A stretch of DNA of 45,074 nucleotides, taken from the IMG/VR virus record IMGVR_UViG_2908567220_000008, positions 1 to 45,074 of that record, one strand, 5' to 3'. The stretch's first letter is position 1; every line of letters begins with the position of its first letter. Positions 16,936 to 25,435 of the stretch are shown here, piece by piece. The notes below the pieces were generated by a model. The model was not told where the DNA came from. It searched no databases and saw nothing but the letters and a program-made list of their open reading frames with translations. The position numbers were made by a program, and so were the translations under genes. The DNA is from a virus. Lineage: Duplodnaviria > Heunggongvirae > Uroviricota > Caudoviricetes.

Positions 16936-16962
16936 GCCTCGGCAATCCGCCGGGGCTTTTTT
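16936..16962 (+). terminator. Intrinsic terminator (tR'-like) downstream of Q
   Basis: Stem gcctcggc / gccggggc (one mismatch), loop aatcc, then tttttt. Confidence 0.5.
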
Positions 16963-17407
16963 ATGCCTGCGATCCGGTCAGGGCTCTTGGGTAGAGACGT
17001 GCTGCACGACACGTCAAAGCCCTTCCGCGCAGAGCCCTGAACCAGATTGAAGTTACTCAGCAATAAGAAAACTGCATGTCATCATTTGCTTATATCTTAT
17101 TGACCAGAAAATTAACATGTTGTTAATCTATTCGTGTGGTGAATTCCCCTATGCGGAGGGGCGACCAGTCACTTACAGTGATCTGTAAATGCAGCGCGGG
17201 CCATGTCGACTGGGACATGCTCACTGGGAGGCACCCGGCACCATAATGCAATGCTACATAAGCTATTTGATAGTGGGGTTGCCGTTTCGGCTTCTCCAGC
17301 TATGTTTAAAAGGTAGTAACGGAAAACGAGCGCTCTCCTGGTAAATCGGAAGCTCGGACTATTAGGTGCGCCTCGAACCGTTGAAGAATCAGTATTTCCT
17401 ACCTTCT

Positions 17408-17434
17408 GCCCGCCCCTCTGAGCGGGCTTTTTTT
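17408..17434 (+). terminator. Intrinsic terminator upstream of the tRNA pair
   Basis: Stem gcccgc / gcgggc with an 8-nt loop, followed by ttttttt. Confidence 0.5.
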
Positions 17435-17499
17435 CGCCTAATTCAGGCAAAACCATAAAGCATTAAGGGCTGCGCTATTTCGCGGCCTTTTTCATTTCA

Positions 17500-17574
17500 G
17501 GGTCAGAAGCACAGCGGTTGTGCGTTCGGCTGTTAACCGAATGGTCGAAGGTTCGAATCCTTCCTGTCCCGCCA
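17500..17574 (+). tRNA. tRNA-like gene, anticodon GTT (Asn) by manual folding
   Basis: 75 nt with encoded CCA; T arm gaagg-ttcgaat-ccttc; anticodon loop ctGTTaa; acceptor stem has one T-T mismatch, so it may be atypical or a pseudo-tRNA. Confidence 0.5.
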
Positions 17575-17579
17575 AATTA

Positions 17580-17656
17580 GCGCCATTAGCTCAACCGGAG
17601 AGAGCAATAGCCTTCTAAGCTATCGGTTTCAGGTTCGAGTCCTGAATGGTGCACCA
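17580..17656 (+). tRNA. tRNA-Arg (anticodon TCT)
   Basis: 77 nt cloverleaf folded by hand: acceptor gcgccat/atggtgc, D stem gctc/gagc, anticodon stem atagc/gctat with loop ctTCTaa, T arm tcagg-ttcgagt-cctga, encoded CCA. Confidence 0.75.
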
Positions 17657-17790
17657 GATAATGGCCTGACCTGATAACGGGTTCATACCCCAACTTATCA
17701 GGGGCGTTGCTGCAACAGCGTCACAGGCCGCCAGACCCAGCTAGGGTATTTTCGGTCATCACCGACATTGCTATTACCCTCATGCTTATT

Positions 17791-17814
17791 GCCTGCCTAA
17801 CCGCAGGCTTTTTT
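17791..17814 (+). terminator. Intrinsic terminator after the tRNA pair
   Basis: Stem gcctgc / gcaggc, loop ctaacc, then tttttt. Confidence 0.5.
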
Positions 17815-17925
17815 ATTTTCAGGGTCGCGGGAATCACCCTCGACGCTTTGTTGGTAAATCAGCCCGACGGCCCTGAACCTTTTACTGACTACAGATAGCA
17901 CCCCGAACATTATCGGAGGTGAGAG

Positions 17926-18240
17926 ATGCAACGTATGAACCCAACCGATGGTCACAATCTGCCTTACTGGTGGTCAGCCTTGCTTGGTATCTTTTCCGTC
18001 CTGAGTCTGCAGGATTATGTCTTCATCATTGGCGCCCTGATCTCTGCCTTCTTCACAATCAAGACGTATTACGCAAAGCGCAAGGAAGAGCGAGAGCGAC
18101 TGGATGAAGAGAAAAAACGCACGCAGCTGTTGGCCAGTTATCTGGCTGATGTCTCCGCAAAGCCTGGAGGTGACCGCCCGGCTTCAGCCGAAGTGGTAAC
18201 CGAGGCCTTGAAGCGGATCGCAAGTGATACACAGGGGTGA
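17926..18240 (+). CDS. Holin, two-TM class
   Basis: 104 aa with two hydrophobic helices ([29 protein letters not shown]) and a charged C-tail; strong RBS ggaggtgagag; first gene of the lysis cassette. Confidence 0.7.
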   Translation: MQRMNPTDGHNLPYWWSALLGIFSVLSLQDYVFIIGALISAFFTIKTYYAKRKEERERLDEEKKRTQLLASYLADVSAKPGGDRPASAEVVTEALKRIASDTQG

Positions 18241-18746
18241 GCATGACGCCATCAATGAGGAATAAACTGATTGGCGTGATCGCCGGCGGCGGTGGCGCCA
18301 TAGCCATTGCCTCTGCGCTTATCACTGGCCCAACTGGTAACGATGGTCTTGAAGGTGTGCGCTATGACCCCTATCAGGATGTGGTAGGCGTCTGGACTGT
18401 CTGCTATGGCCATACTGGCAAAGACATCATGCTCGGCAAGAAGTACACCGAGGCTGAATGCCGTGCGCTGCTCAGCAAAGACCTGAACACCGTTGCTCGC
18501 CAGATTAATCCTTACATCCAGAAGCCGATCCCCGAGACAATGCGCGGGGCTCTGTACTCGTTCGCGTATAACGTTGGCGCTGGCAACTTCCAGACCTCCA
18601 CGCTGCTGCGAAAAATCAACCAGGGCGACCAGAAAGGCGCATGTGACCAGTTGCGCCGCTGGACCTACGCCAAGGGCAAACAGTGGAAAGGCCTGGTAAC
18701 TCGCCGCGAGATTGAGCGCGAAGTTTGTCTCTGGAGTCAAAAATGA
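18237..18746 (+). CDS. SAR endolysin (T4-lysozyme-like glycoside hydrolase)
   Basis: N-terminal Gly/Ala-rich signal-anchor-release helix ([21 protein letters not shown]) and catalytic E-x8-D-x5-T motif ([17 protein letters not shown]). Confidence 0.85.
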   Translation: MSMTPSMRNKLIGVIAGGGGAIAIASALITGPTGNDGLEGVRYDPYQDVVGVWTVCYGHTGKDIMLGKKYTEAECRALLSKDLNTVARQINPYIQKPIPETMRGALYSFAYNVGAGNFQTSTLLRKINQGDQKGACDQLRRWTYAKGKQWKGLVTRREIEREVCLWSQK

Positions 18747-19132
18747 GCCGGTTAACCGCCATTATCAGCGCCATTGCGATCTGCCTGGTTGTTTGCCTTG
18801 GTTGGCTGGCAATGCATTACCGCAACGCTGCTGCTGAGCAGAAAACCAGAGCCGATAGCGCTGAGCAGCAGGTAAACGCAGCACAGGCGATCACCTCCAA
18901 CGTTCTGACCACCATGACCATCTTCAACACCATCGCCGAGGCCAATCAGCATGCAAAAGAGCAGATCGCACTGGACGCATCGGGAGCCTCGGCTGATATC
19001 CGGGTTGCTGTTGCGAATGATGATTGCACTAATCGCCCTGTCCCTGCTGGCGCAGTTAAGCGGCTGCAACAATTCGCGAACGGTCTACGTCAAAGTGCCG
19101 GTAGTCCCGTTACCGGCCAGCCTGACGGCTGA
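18743..19132 (+). CDS. i-spanin (Rz-like)
   Basis: N-terminal TM ([20 protein letters not shown]) then a periplasmic helical domain; ATG overlaps the endolysin stop. Confidence 0.7.
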   Translation: MSRLTAIISAIAICLVVCLGWLAMHYRNAAAEQKTRADSAEQQVNAAQAITSNVLTTMTIFNTIAEANQHAKEQIALDASGASADIRVAVANDDCTNRPVPAGAVKRLQQFANGLRQSAGSPVTGQPDG

Positions 19133-19274
19133 CACCCCGCAACCGGAAATCCCTGACAACCTGACGTGGGGCCAGAGCCTAGATTTAAACGTCAGTCTCC
19201 TATCAGCGCTTGGGCAGTGCAACCGGGATAAGGCAGATATTAGGCAAGCTGTAAAGAAACAAGCGGGCCAATAA
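19017..19274 (+). CDS. o-spanin (Rz1-like lipoprotein), overlapping the i-spanin in another frame
   Basis: Start [17 protein letters not shown] with lipobox LSGC and a Pro-rich mature part; begins inside the Rz-like gene and extends past it. Confidence 0.65.
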   Translation: MMIALIALSLLAQLSGCNNSRTVYVKVPVVPLPASLTADTPQPEIPDNLTWGQSLDLNVSLLSALGQCNRDKADIRQAVKKQAGQ

Positions 19275-19301
19275 GCCCGCACTTATGGAGGATTCAAAAT
19301 G

Positions 19302-19901
19302 TTACAGAACCCACCACCTGATCGAATCTGTGGGTATGGTTGCAGCCTCGACATTCTGGATCATACCCAACTCGGTGGCCCTTCCCGGATCAATGATGGT
19401 TGCAGAAGTGATCAAATTAGCCCAGTCAATTTGCTCATCTGGGGCTACAGCGAGAGCCTCGATATTCATCACCTGCACAAATCTTTGCAAGTCGTCATCC
19501 AGACATGCCGCCCATTCCCTAAGCCTGAGGTGATCTGCTTGTGGGGCGGCAAATCCCCAATGTAAAGGATGTAATAAAAATCGCGAGAGAGGATTAGCAA
19601 ACCGCTCAGATCCAGCCATGAAAATAACATTTGCTATAGATTCCACGTTACTAAGGTTATGTGTCTTCACCTTTACAGGAAGAGACTTAAGAAAGTTGTA
19701 TGCGGTAAAACCTGCAACGGTATCTCCACCTTTACTAGAGATGTAAATCCTGATCTCAGAGGCTGGTTGGTTAGGGCTTGATATCGCTTTGAGGCAAACA
19801 TCCATAAGGCTGGATACAGAAGCAACTGTTACATCTGTCATGAAGTGTACGGTATGGATCATTTCAGTTTCCCAGAGATATGCCGCAATTGGCATTTTCA
19901 T
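19302..19901 (-). CDS. Stand-alone Clp-fold serine protease (ClpP-like, SDH-type) moron
   Basis: Alignable by eye to ClpP: IRIYISSKGGDT (ClpP LYINSPGG), FMAGSERF (ClpP AASMGA, Ser), LLHPLHWG (ClpP IHQPLG, His), Asp in DHLRLRE. Start uncertain (ATGs at 19910/19901/19895; the track TTG is at 20018). AT-rich; opposite strand to neighbours. Confidence 0.7.
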   Translation of the reverse strand: MKMPIAAYLWETEMIHTVHFMTDVTVASVSSLMDVCLKAISSPNQPASEIRIYISSKGGDTVAGFTAYNFLKSLPVKVKTHNLSNVESIANVIFMAGSERFANPLSRFLLHPLHWGFAAPQADHLRLREWAACLDDDLQRFVQVMNIEALAVAPDEQIDWANLITSATIIDPGRATELGMIQNVEAATIPTDSIRWWVL

Positions 19902-20011
19902 AATGCACATAAAGTGAAAGGTTTTCTGCGTAAACCCGGATGAAATAATTTCATGAAGTAAGGCATTACAGAGCCACTTCCAGAGGTGGCTCGATAATGT
20001 TGGAGGAAACC

Positions 20012-20650
20012 ATGTCAACGCTTAAGGATTTATCCCGGCAGCTAAAGCAGCTGCAGAAGCAAATCCCTTTCGCCACGGCGCAAGCCATGACATCGGTAGT
20101 AAGGGATATCGCCGCAGCGCAAAAGGTGGCACTGGGGCGAAAACTGGAATCGCCGACGCCGTTCACCGTCAACTCAGTGGGCTCTGCTGGCGCCAGAAAG
20201 AACAACCTCCGCGCAAAAGTCTTTGTGCGCGATGTCGCCGCTGAATATCTCGAACCCTTTGAATTTGGTGGTGAACATAAACTGAACAGCCAGGCGCTGC
20301 TCAATCCAAAGAACATCAAACTGAACAAATACGGCAACATGCCGCGAAATAAGCTGTCGCAGTTGAAAGCGAAGCCGAATGTGTTCGTAGGTGAGGTCAA
20401 TGGTGTTGATGCTGTCTGGCAGAGGCGTAAACCGAAGAAGGCGAAAAAGAAACGAGCCCGGCGCTCAGCGAATGGTACGCGCAGACCAAAGCGGAAACAG
20501 CGTGCTCCTAAGCTGCTGGTGAGGTTTGGTGATGCTCTACCTGTTACGCCTACGCTTGACTACATGAACCGCTCACGGTCAATGGCAGCCGGCTTAATGC
20601 CCGGCGCGCTGAGTAGGGCGATTGAGGAAGCGATTCGAACAGCAAAATGA
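20012..20650 (+). CDS. Hypothetical basic protein (213 aa)
   Basis: Start at ATG 20012 (MSTLKDL...); contains a Lys/Arg-rich stretch KPKKAKKKRARRSANGTRRPKRKQR; lies just upstream of the cos-like repeats. Confidence 0.5.
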   Translation: MSTLKDLSRQLKQLQKQIPFATAQAMTSVVRDIAAAQKVALGRKLESPTPFTVNSVGSAGARKNNLRAKVFVRDVAAEYLEPFEFGGEHKLNSQALLNPKNIKLNKYGNMPRNKLSQLKAKPNVFVGEVNGVDAVWQRRKPKKAKKKRARRSANGTRRPKRKQRAPKLLVRFGDALPVTPTLDYMNRSRSMAAGLMPGALSRAIEEAIRTAK

Positions 20651-20751
20651 CCTGAATACCTACCCCATAGGGTTTGGGTCCTTCCTGAGACTTTTGTAAG
20701 GCACGGGCATTGCGCGCCGCAGTGTTTTCCTAGCTACAAACTTTTATTTTG

Positions 20752-20898
20752 TGTCCCATGTCCCACCCCAAGGGATCGCCAGCCACGCCAGAGCCAGCAC
20801 GGATTATTCCATTTATTCCAGTGGGACATTCGTGTGGGACATTGAAAAAATGTCCCAGGTAAATGTCCCACCCCAAAAATGTCCCAGGTGATGTCCCA
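20752..20898. promoter_or_regulatory. TGTCCCA repeat array, putative terminase small-subunit binding sites (cosB-like)
   Basis: Eight copies of TGTCCCA or its complement TGGGACA within 147 bp (direct at 20752, 20759, 20851, 20864, 20880, 20892; inverted at 20822, 20835); the last overlaps the terS ATG. Confidence 0.5.
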
Positions 20899-21461
20899 TG
20901 ACCACGATGAACCAGAGTCAGTACGCGCAACATTCAGGCGTCGATCGCAAGACTATTGGCCGATGGATCAAGGCTGGTCGGTTTATCGTCATGGATGGCG
21001 ACCTGATTGATGTTGAGGCGAGCGATGCCGCGCTGAAGAAAAACCGTGATGGAAAAGATCCGCGGGCATCAAACGCGAAGAAGAAAAAAGCCCCAGCACC
21101 CCGGAATGATGGCGACGATGAAATTGATGAAACCGTTCGCCAGATAATGTTTACAGAAGGTGCAGTCCTTTCCAGGGAAGAGGCCGCGCGGATCCGTGAA
21201 AATTACATGGCCCTGCAGGCAAAGCTCCAGTATGAAAAAGACAGCGGCCAGACAATTGAATTGGCCATCGCCGAGGAGGTTCTGTTTAACGCCTTTCGCC
21301 AGCAGCGTGATGCCTGGCTGAACTGGCCTTCACGCGTGGCACCGCTGATAGCCGCCGATCTGAATGTGCCGGCGGACAGGATGACAGAGGTGCTGATTGA
21401 ACATGTCCACAAACATATCTCAGTCCTCGGAGAACCAGAGTTTAACCCAGCGGAAGATTGA
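20898..21461 (+). CDS. Terminase small subunit (lambda Nu1-like)
   Basis: 187 aa; N-terminal winged-HTH (NQSQYAQHSGVDRKTIGRWIKAG); directly upstream of and overlapping the large terminase. Confidence 0.8.
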   Translation: MTTMNQSQYAQHSGVDRKTIGRWIKAGRFIVMDGDLIDVEASDAALKKNRDGKDPRASNAKKKKAPAPRNDGDDEIDETVRQIMFTEGAVLSREEAARIRENYMALQAKLQYEKDSGQTIELAIAEEVLFNAFRQQRDAWLNWPSRVAPLIAADLNVPADRMTEVLIEHVHKHISVLGEPEFNPAED

Positions 21462-23529
21462 GCGTCTTCAACTGAGTGTCCGGAAAGGGTGGACACCGCC
21501 GCCGCGGATCAGCGTCCCGCAATGGGCCGATGACTACCGGAAGCTGGCGAAAGAAGCTGGCAGTACCTCCGGGAACTGGGAAACATCAACGGTTGAAATT
21601 GCCCGCGGTCCTATGCTGGCCGCGACGGAATCGGGCGTCCACATTATCACCGTGATGTGCTGTACCCAGTTAATGAAAACCGCGCTGCTGGAAAACCTGT
21701 TTGGTTATTTTGCGCACCTCGACCCATGTCCGATTTTGCTCCTGCAGCCGAAGGAAGAGGCCGCTGAGCAGTTTTCCAAAGAACGCATCAGCCCGCTGGT
21801 TAGGGTAACGCCAGTTCTGCGTAACATCATAGGTGACTCAAAGCAGAAGAGTTCAAAAGAAACCATTCTGTATAAAGCTTTCACCGGCGGATTTCTGGCG
21901 CTGGCCGGCGCCGGTAGTCCAGATAACCTTGCGCGCCGTCCGATCCGTGTTCTGCTGGCAGATGAGGTGGATAAATATCCGATTACCCGTGAGGGCGATC
22001 CCATCGCTCTGGCGGAAGAGCGAACCGCCACATTTGGCCTTAACTGGCTGTCCGTGCGGGCTTGTTCGCCGACGGTCGAAGATGAAAGCCGGATTGCTGA
22101 CAGTTACGAAGATTCAGATCAGCGGCGGGCCTCTGTAGTTTGCCCCCATTGCGGGCACCGACAGTTCCTTGATTTCTTCAAACATGTTCAATGGCCAAAA
22201 GAAGGTGATAAGCACCTGACCAAAGCGGCCATGATCCATTGTGAATGTTGTGGTGCTGGCTGGTCAGAGGGTGAGCGTCTGCGGGCATTACAGACAATCC
22301 GCTGGCATCAGACCAAACCGTTTGAATGTTGTGGTTCCCGCCATTCACCATTAATGGAATACGACCAGAAATGGCATGAAGGAGACGAGGGCAGTGTTGA
22401 TGCCGTCTGGCGCTGGTCAGAGTCGGAACGGCATGCCGTATACCGGGCGATTTGCCCGGACTGCGGGGCCGAGGCGCTGGATAATCACCACGCCGGGTAC
22501 CAGGCGTCAAAACTCTTCAGTCCCTGGCAAAAAGACAAGCCATCGGACATTGCAAAGAAATACCTCGATGCGAAAGGGGATCCGGATAAGGAACAGGCCT
22601 GGTGGAACACCCAGATGGGGTTGCCGCACCGGCCTAACCACGGGAAACAGCTCCCGGTTGATGTCCTGCTGGCGCGCCGTGAAGTCTTCCCGGCCGTCGT
22701 TCCTGATGGCGTGGCATTGTTAACTGCGGGCGTCGATACCCAGGATGACCGATTCGAAATCACGATCACTGGCTGGGGGCGGGACGAGGAATCGTGGTCA
22801 GTTGCGCATGACGTCATTTATGGCGATCTGGAGACTGAGGAACCCTGGAAGCGCCTCGATGCGTACCTGAAACAGATATGGCGACGCGGCGACGGGCGAG
22901 GGCTGAATATTCTGGCTGCATGTATGGACTCCGGCGGTCACCACACGCAAAAGGTTTATGAGTTCTGCAAAGATCGCCTTGGGCGCCGCGTCTGGGCTAT
23001 CAAGGGCGAATCTGCGCAGGGTGGGAAACGCAACCCCGTCTGGCCAACCAAGCGACCGACATCGAAAAGTAAAGCCAGCTTCAGGCCAATTATACTTGGC
23101 GTGAACTCTGCGAAAGATGTTGTCCGTGGTCGTCTGCATCTTGAACCGCCAGCTTTAGGTACTGCCGGTGCGGGCTATATGCACTTCCCGGATGATCGTG
23201 ACCTCGGATATTTCAACCAGCTGCTGGCCGAGCGACTGGTTTATAAAGTGGTGGCCGGTCAGCGATTCAGTGTCTGGGAGCCTATCCCCGGACGGGCGAA
23301 CGAAGCACTCGACTGCCTCGTTTACAGCTATGCCGCGTTGTGTGGGCTGAAACATATGGGATTAAAACTCAATGTTCGGGCCGCTAACCTTCAGGCCGAT
23401 CCCGATAAGTTCCTGCCGGCGCCAGCCGAGCCAGAAGAAAAAATCAATTACGAATTACCGGGTGCCATCGTGGATGAGGCTATGGCTCCTGTTAAGCGTA
23501 AGAACATTTCTAAACTCCTGCCGCAATAA
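21403..23529 (+). CDS. Terminase large subunit (lambda gpA family)
   Basis: About 708 aa; lambda gpA-like throughout by eye, including the Cys cluster CPHCGHRQF and C-terminal EALDCLVYSYAAL (lambda EALDCFVYALAAL). First ATG at 21403; the track TTG is at 21397. Confidence 0.9.
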   Translation: MSTNISQSSENQSLTQRKIERLQLSVRKGWTPPPRISVPQWADDYRKLAKEAGSTSGNWETSTVEIARGPMLAATESGVHIITVMCCTQLMKTALLENLFGYFAHLDPCPILLLQPKEEAAEQFSKERISPLVRVTPVLRNIIGDSKQKSSKETILYKAFTGGFLALAGAGSPDNLARRPIRVLLADEVDKYPITREGDPIALAEERTATFGLNWLSVRACSPTVEDESRIADSYEDSDQRRASVVCPHCGHRQFLDFFKHVQWPKEGDKHLTKAAMIHCECCGAGWSEGERLRALQTIRWHQTKPFECCGSRHSPLMEYDQKWHEGDEGSVDAVWRWSESERHAVYRAICPDCGAEALDNHHAGYQASKLFSPWQKDKPSDIAKKYLDAKGDPDKEQAWWNTQMGLPHRPNHGKQLPVDVLLARREVFPAVVPDGVALLTAGVDTQDDRFEITITGWGRDEESWSVAHDVIYGDLETEEPWKRLDAYLKQIWRRGDGRGLNILAACMDSGGHHTQKVYEFCKDRLGRRVWAIKGESAQGGKRNPVWPTKRPTSKSKASFRPIILGVNSAKDVVRGRLHLEPPALGTAGAGYMHFPDDRDLGYFNQLLAERLVYKVVAGQRFSVWEPIPGRANEALDCLVYSYAALCGLKHMGLKLNVRAANLQADPDKFLPAPAEPEEKINYELPGAIVDEAMAPVKRKNISKLLPQ

Positions 23530-23537
23530 GGAAAACC

Positions 23538-23801
23538 ATGTTTAACCGAAACACGAGCTTACTTGCTGGTGGGATGACTGATGAGCAGCTCAGAGACGCT
23601 CTGCAGAAAGCGCAGCAGGCTTATATCGACCTGACTACCGGCAGCCGTGGCGTCTCATTCTCCTATACGCAGGGTGATGGGACGCGCTCTGTCTCCTATC
23701 AGCAAAGCTCTCTCGCCGACCTGCTGGCGCTGATTCAGTTGCTGCAGGCGCAACTGGGAATTGTCGCCCGGCCACGGAAGCCAGTGAGGTTCAGATTCTG
23801 A
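23538..23801 (+). CDS. Head-tail joining protein (gpW-like)
   Basis: 87 aa between terminase and portal; gpW-like sequence and position. Confidence 0.7.
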   Translation: MFNRNTSLLAGGMTDEQLRDALQKAQQAYIDLTTGSRGVSFSYTQGDGTRSVSYQQSSLADLLALIQLLQAQLGIVARPRKPVRFRF

Positions 23802-25435
23802 TGAATAAAGTGCAAATCCTTGGTCCTGACGGGAGACCTTATCAGGCACCAAAACCCAGCATGTTGACGGGCGGTAGCCGGGTGCCATATGACGCCGCGG
23901 ATTCCTTCAGCGATCAACTGGCGAACTGGCAGCCCGCACTATGGTCACCGGATAACGAAATTAATATCTACCGTGACCGTATAGTTTCCCGTGCGCGGGA
24001 TCTGGTCCGAAATGATGGATGGGCCAATGGTGCCATAACTCGCCTGCTTGATAATGCGGTCGGCGCCAATTTCCGTCCGATCATGAAGCCTGACTATCGT
24101 GTATTACGGATGATGACAGGTAATAAAAGTTTTGACGCAGTATGGGCGGAAGAGTACGGAAAAGCACTCGCTTCCCACTGGAGAACCTGGGCATACGACA
24201 CAGGCCGTTATTGTGACGTTGAGCGCAAGCTAACCGTTCCACAAATGTTGCGTCTGGCCTTTCGCCACAAGCTGATTGATGGCGATGCCCTGATGGTGCT
24301 TCAGTATCGCACCGATCGCCTTGGACCAGGTAAGGGGCGTTATGCCACGACGGTGCAGGTTGTTGATCCCGACAGACTCAGTAACCCGCAGCAGAATTTT
24401 GATATGCCGAATATCCGCGGCGGCGTTGAAATTGATGCTGACGGCGCACCTGTGGCTTATCACATACGTGAAGCACATATCGGTGACTGGTGGAGTGGCG
24501 CCAAAACAATGACATGGCGACGAATCCCGCGCGAAACCGCATGGGGGCGCCCGCACGTTGTGCACGACTTTGACCATGAGCGTGGAGCTCAGCATCGGGG
24601 GAATGGCATTCTGACTCCAGTAGTGCAACGTCTGAAGATGCTGGTGAAGTACGACCAGAGCGAGCTGGAAGCAGCAATTCTGAATGCTATCTTCGCCGCG
24701 TATATTGAGTCTCCATACGATCCCGAAATGATCCAGTCCGCGCTGGGGGAAAACTTCGAAGAGGGATTGGGAGCATACCAGGATGGTCGTGCAGAGTTTC
24801 ATAATGATCGCCGTTTGACGCTGCAGAATGGCGCCCGTATGCCGATCCTTTATCCAGGGGAGAGAATAACAACGGTCAACGCTGCCCGCCCTTACAGCAA
24901 CTTTGAGGTTTTCGAGTCTGCAGTATTGCGTAATTTCTCATCCGGTACGGGGTTATCTCCTCAGCAGGTTACACAGGACTGGTCTGATGTGAATTACAGC
25001 TCTGCGCGATCTTCCTTGCTGGAAGCATGGAAAACGCTCACCCGCCGACGTGATGATTTTTCCATGGGTACCGCTCAGCCGCTTCTGACGGCCTTTGTGG
25101 AGGAAGTTCACGATAACGAGGATTTACCTCTACCTAATGATGCCCCTGATTTTGTTGATGCCCGGGCTGCGTATTCCCGTGCGCGCTGGATGGGGCCGGG
25201 GCGAGGATGGGTTGATCCGGTGGCAGAGAAAAAAGGCGCCATTCTCGGCCTCGATGCCGGCCTTTCCACTCTCGAAATTGAAGTGGGTGAAAACGTGGGT
25301 GAGGACTGGGAAGAGATACTTGATCAGCGCCAGCGGGAAATTGAGTCCTGCCTGAAGCGCGGACTTCCATTACCTAGCTGGGCGCAGGCGGACCAGTTCG
25401 CCAGCCAGACAATTACCGATCCGGAGGAAAAGTGA
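23801..25435 (+). CDS. Portal protein (lambda gpB family)
   Basis: 544 aa following gpW-like gene; lambda-type portal by size, order and sequence. Confidence 0.85.
   Translation: MNKVQILGPDGRPYQAPKPSMLTGGSRVPYDAADSFSDQLANWQPALWSPDNEINIYRDRIVSRARDLVRNDGWANGAITRLLDNAVGANFRPIMKPDYRVLRMMTGNKSFDAVWAEEYGKALASHWRTWAYDTGRYCDVERKLTVPQMLRLAFRHKLIDGDALMVLQYRTDRLGPGKGRYATTVQVVDPDRLSNPQQNFDMPNIRGGVEIDADGAPVAYHIREAHIGDWWSGAKTMTWRRIPRETAWGRPHVVHDFDHERGAQHRGNGILTPVVQRLKMLVKYDQSELEAAILNAIFAAYIESPYDPEMIQSALGENFEEGLGAYQDGRAEFHNDRRLTLQNGARMPILYPGERITTVNAARPYSNFEVFESAVLRNFSSGTGLSPQQVTQDWSDVNYSSARSSLLEAWKTLTRRRDDFSMGTAQPLLTAFVEEVHDNEDLPLPNDAPDFVDARAAYSRARWMGPGRGWVDPVAEKKGAILGLDAGLSTLEIEVGENVGEDWEEILDQRQREIESCLKRGLPLPSWAQADQFASQTITDPEEK

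Noticed and set aside
17169-17456. 95-aa minus-strand ORF in the Q-to-tRNA spacer
   Set aside because: No RBS, runs against local transcription through two plus-strand terminators, and has no recognisable composition; the region is treated as non-coding or structured RNA.
17500-17656. tRNA pair as a possible prophage attachment site
   Set aside because: Phage genes continue on both sides (Q upstream, lysis downstream), so these are phage-encoded tRNAs inside the prophage and not an integration junction; the integrase end lies at the left edge of the window.
17707-17898. 63-aa plus-strand ORF between the tRNAs and the holin
   Set aside because: It spans the intrinsic terminator at 17791-17814 and has no convincing start context; the holin has its own strong RBS just downstream.
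16847-17925. Virulence cargo (for example a toxin) downstream of Q, as in Stx phages
   Set aside because: Nothing resembling a toxin operon is present; the interval holds only terminators, tRNAs and non-coding sequence before the holin.
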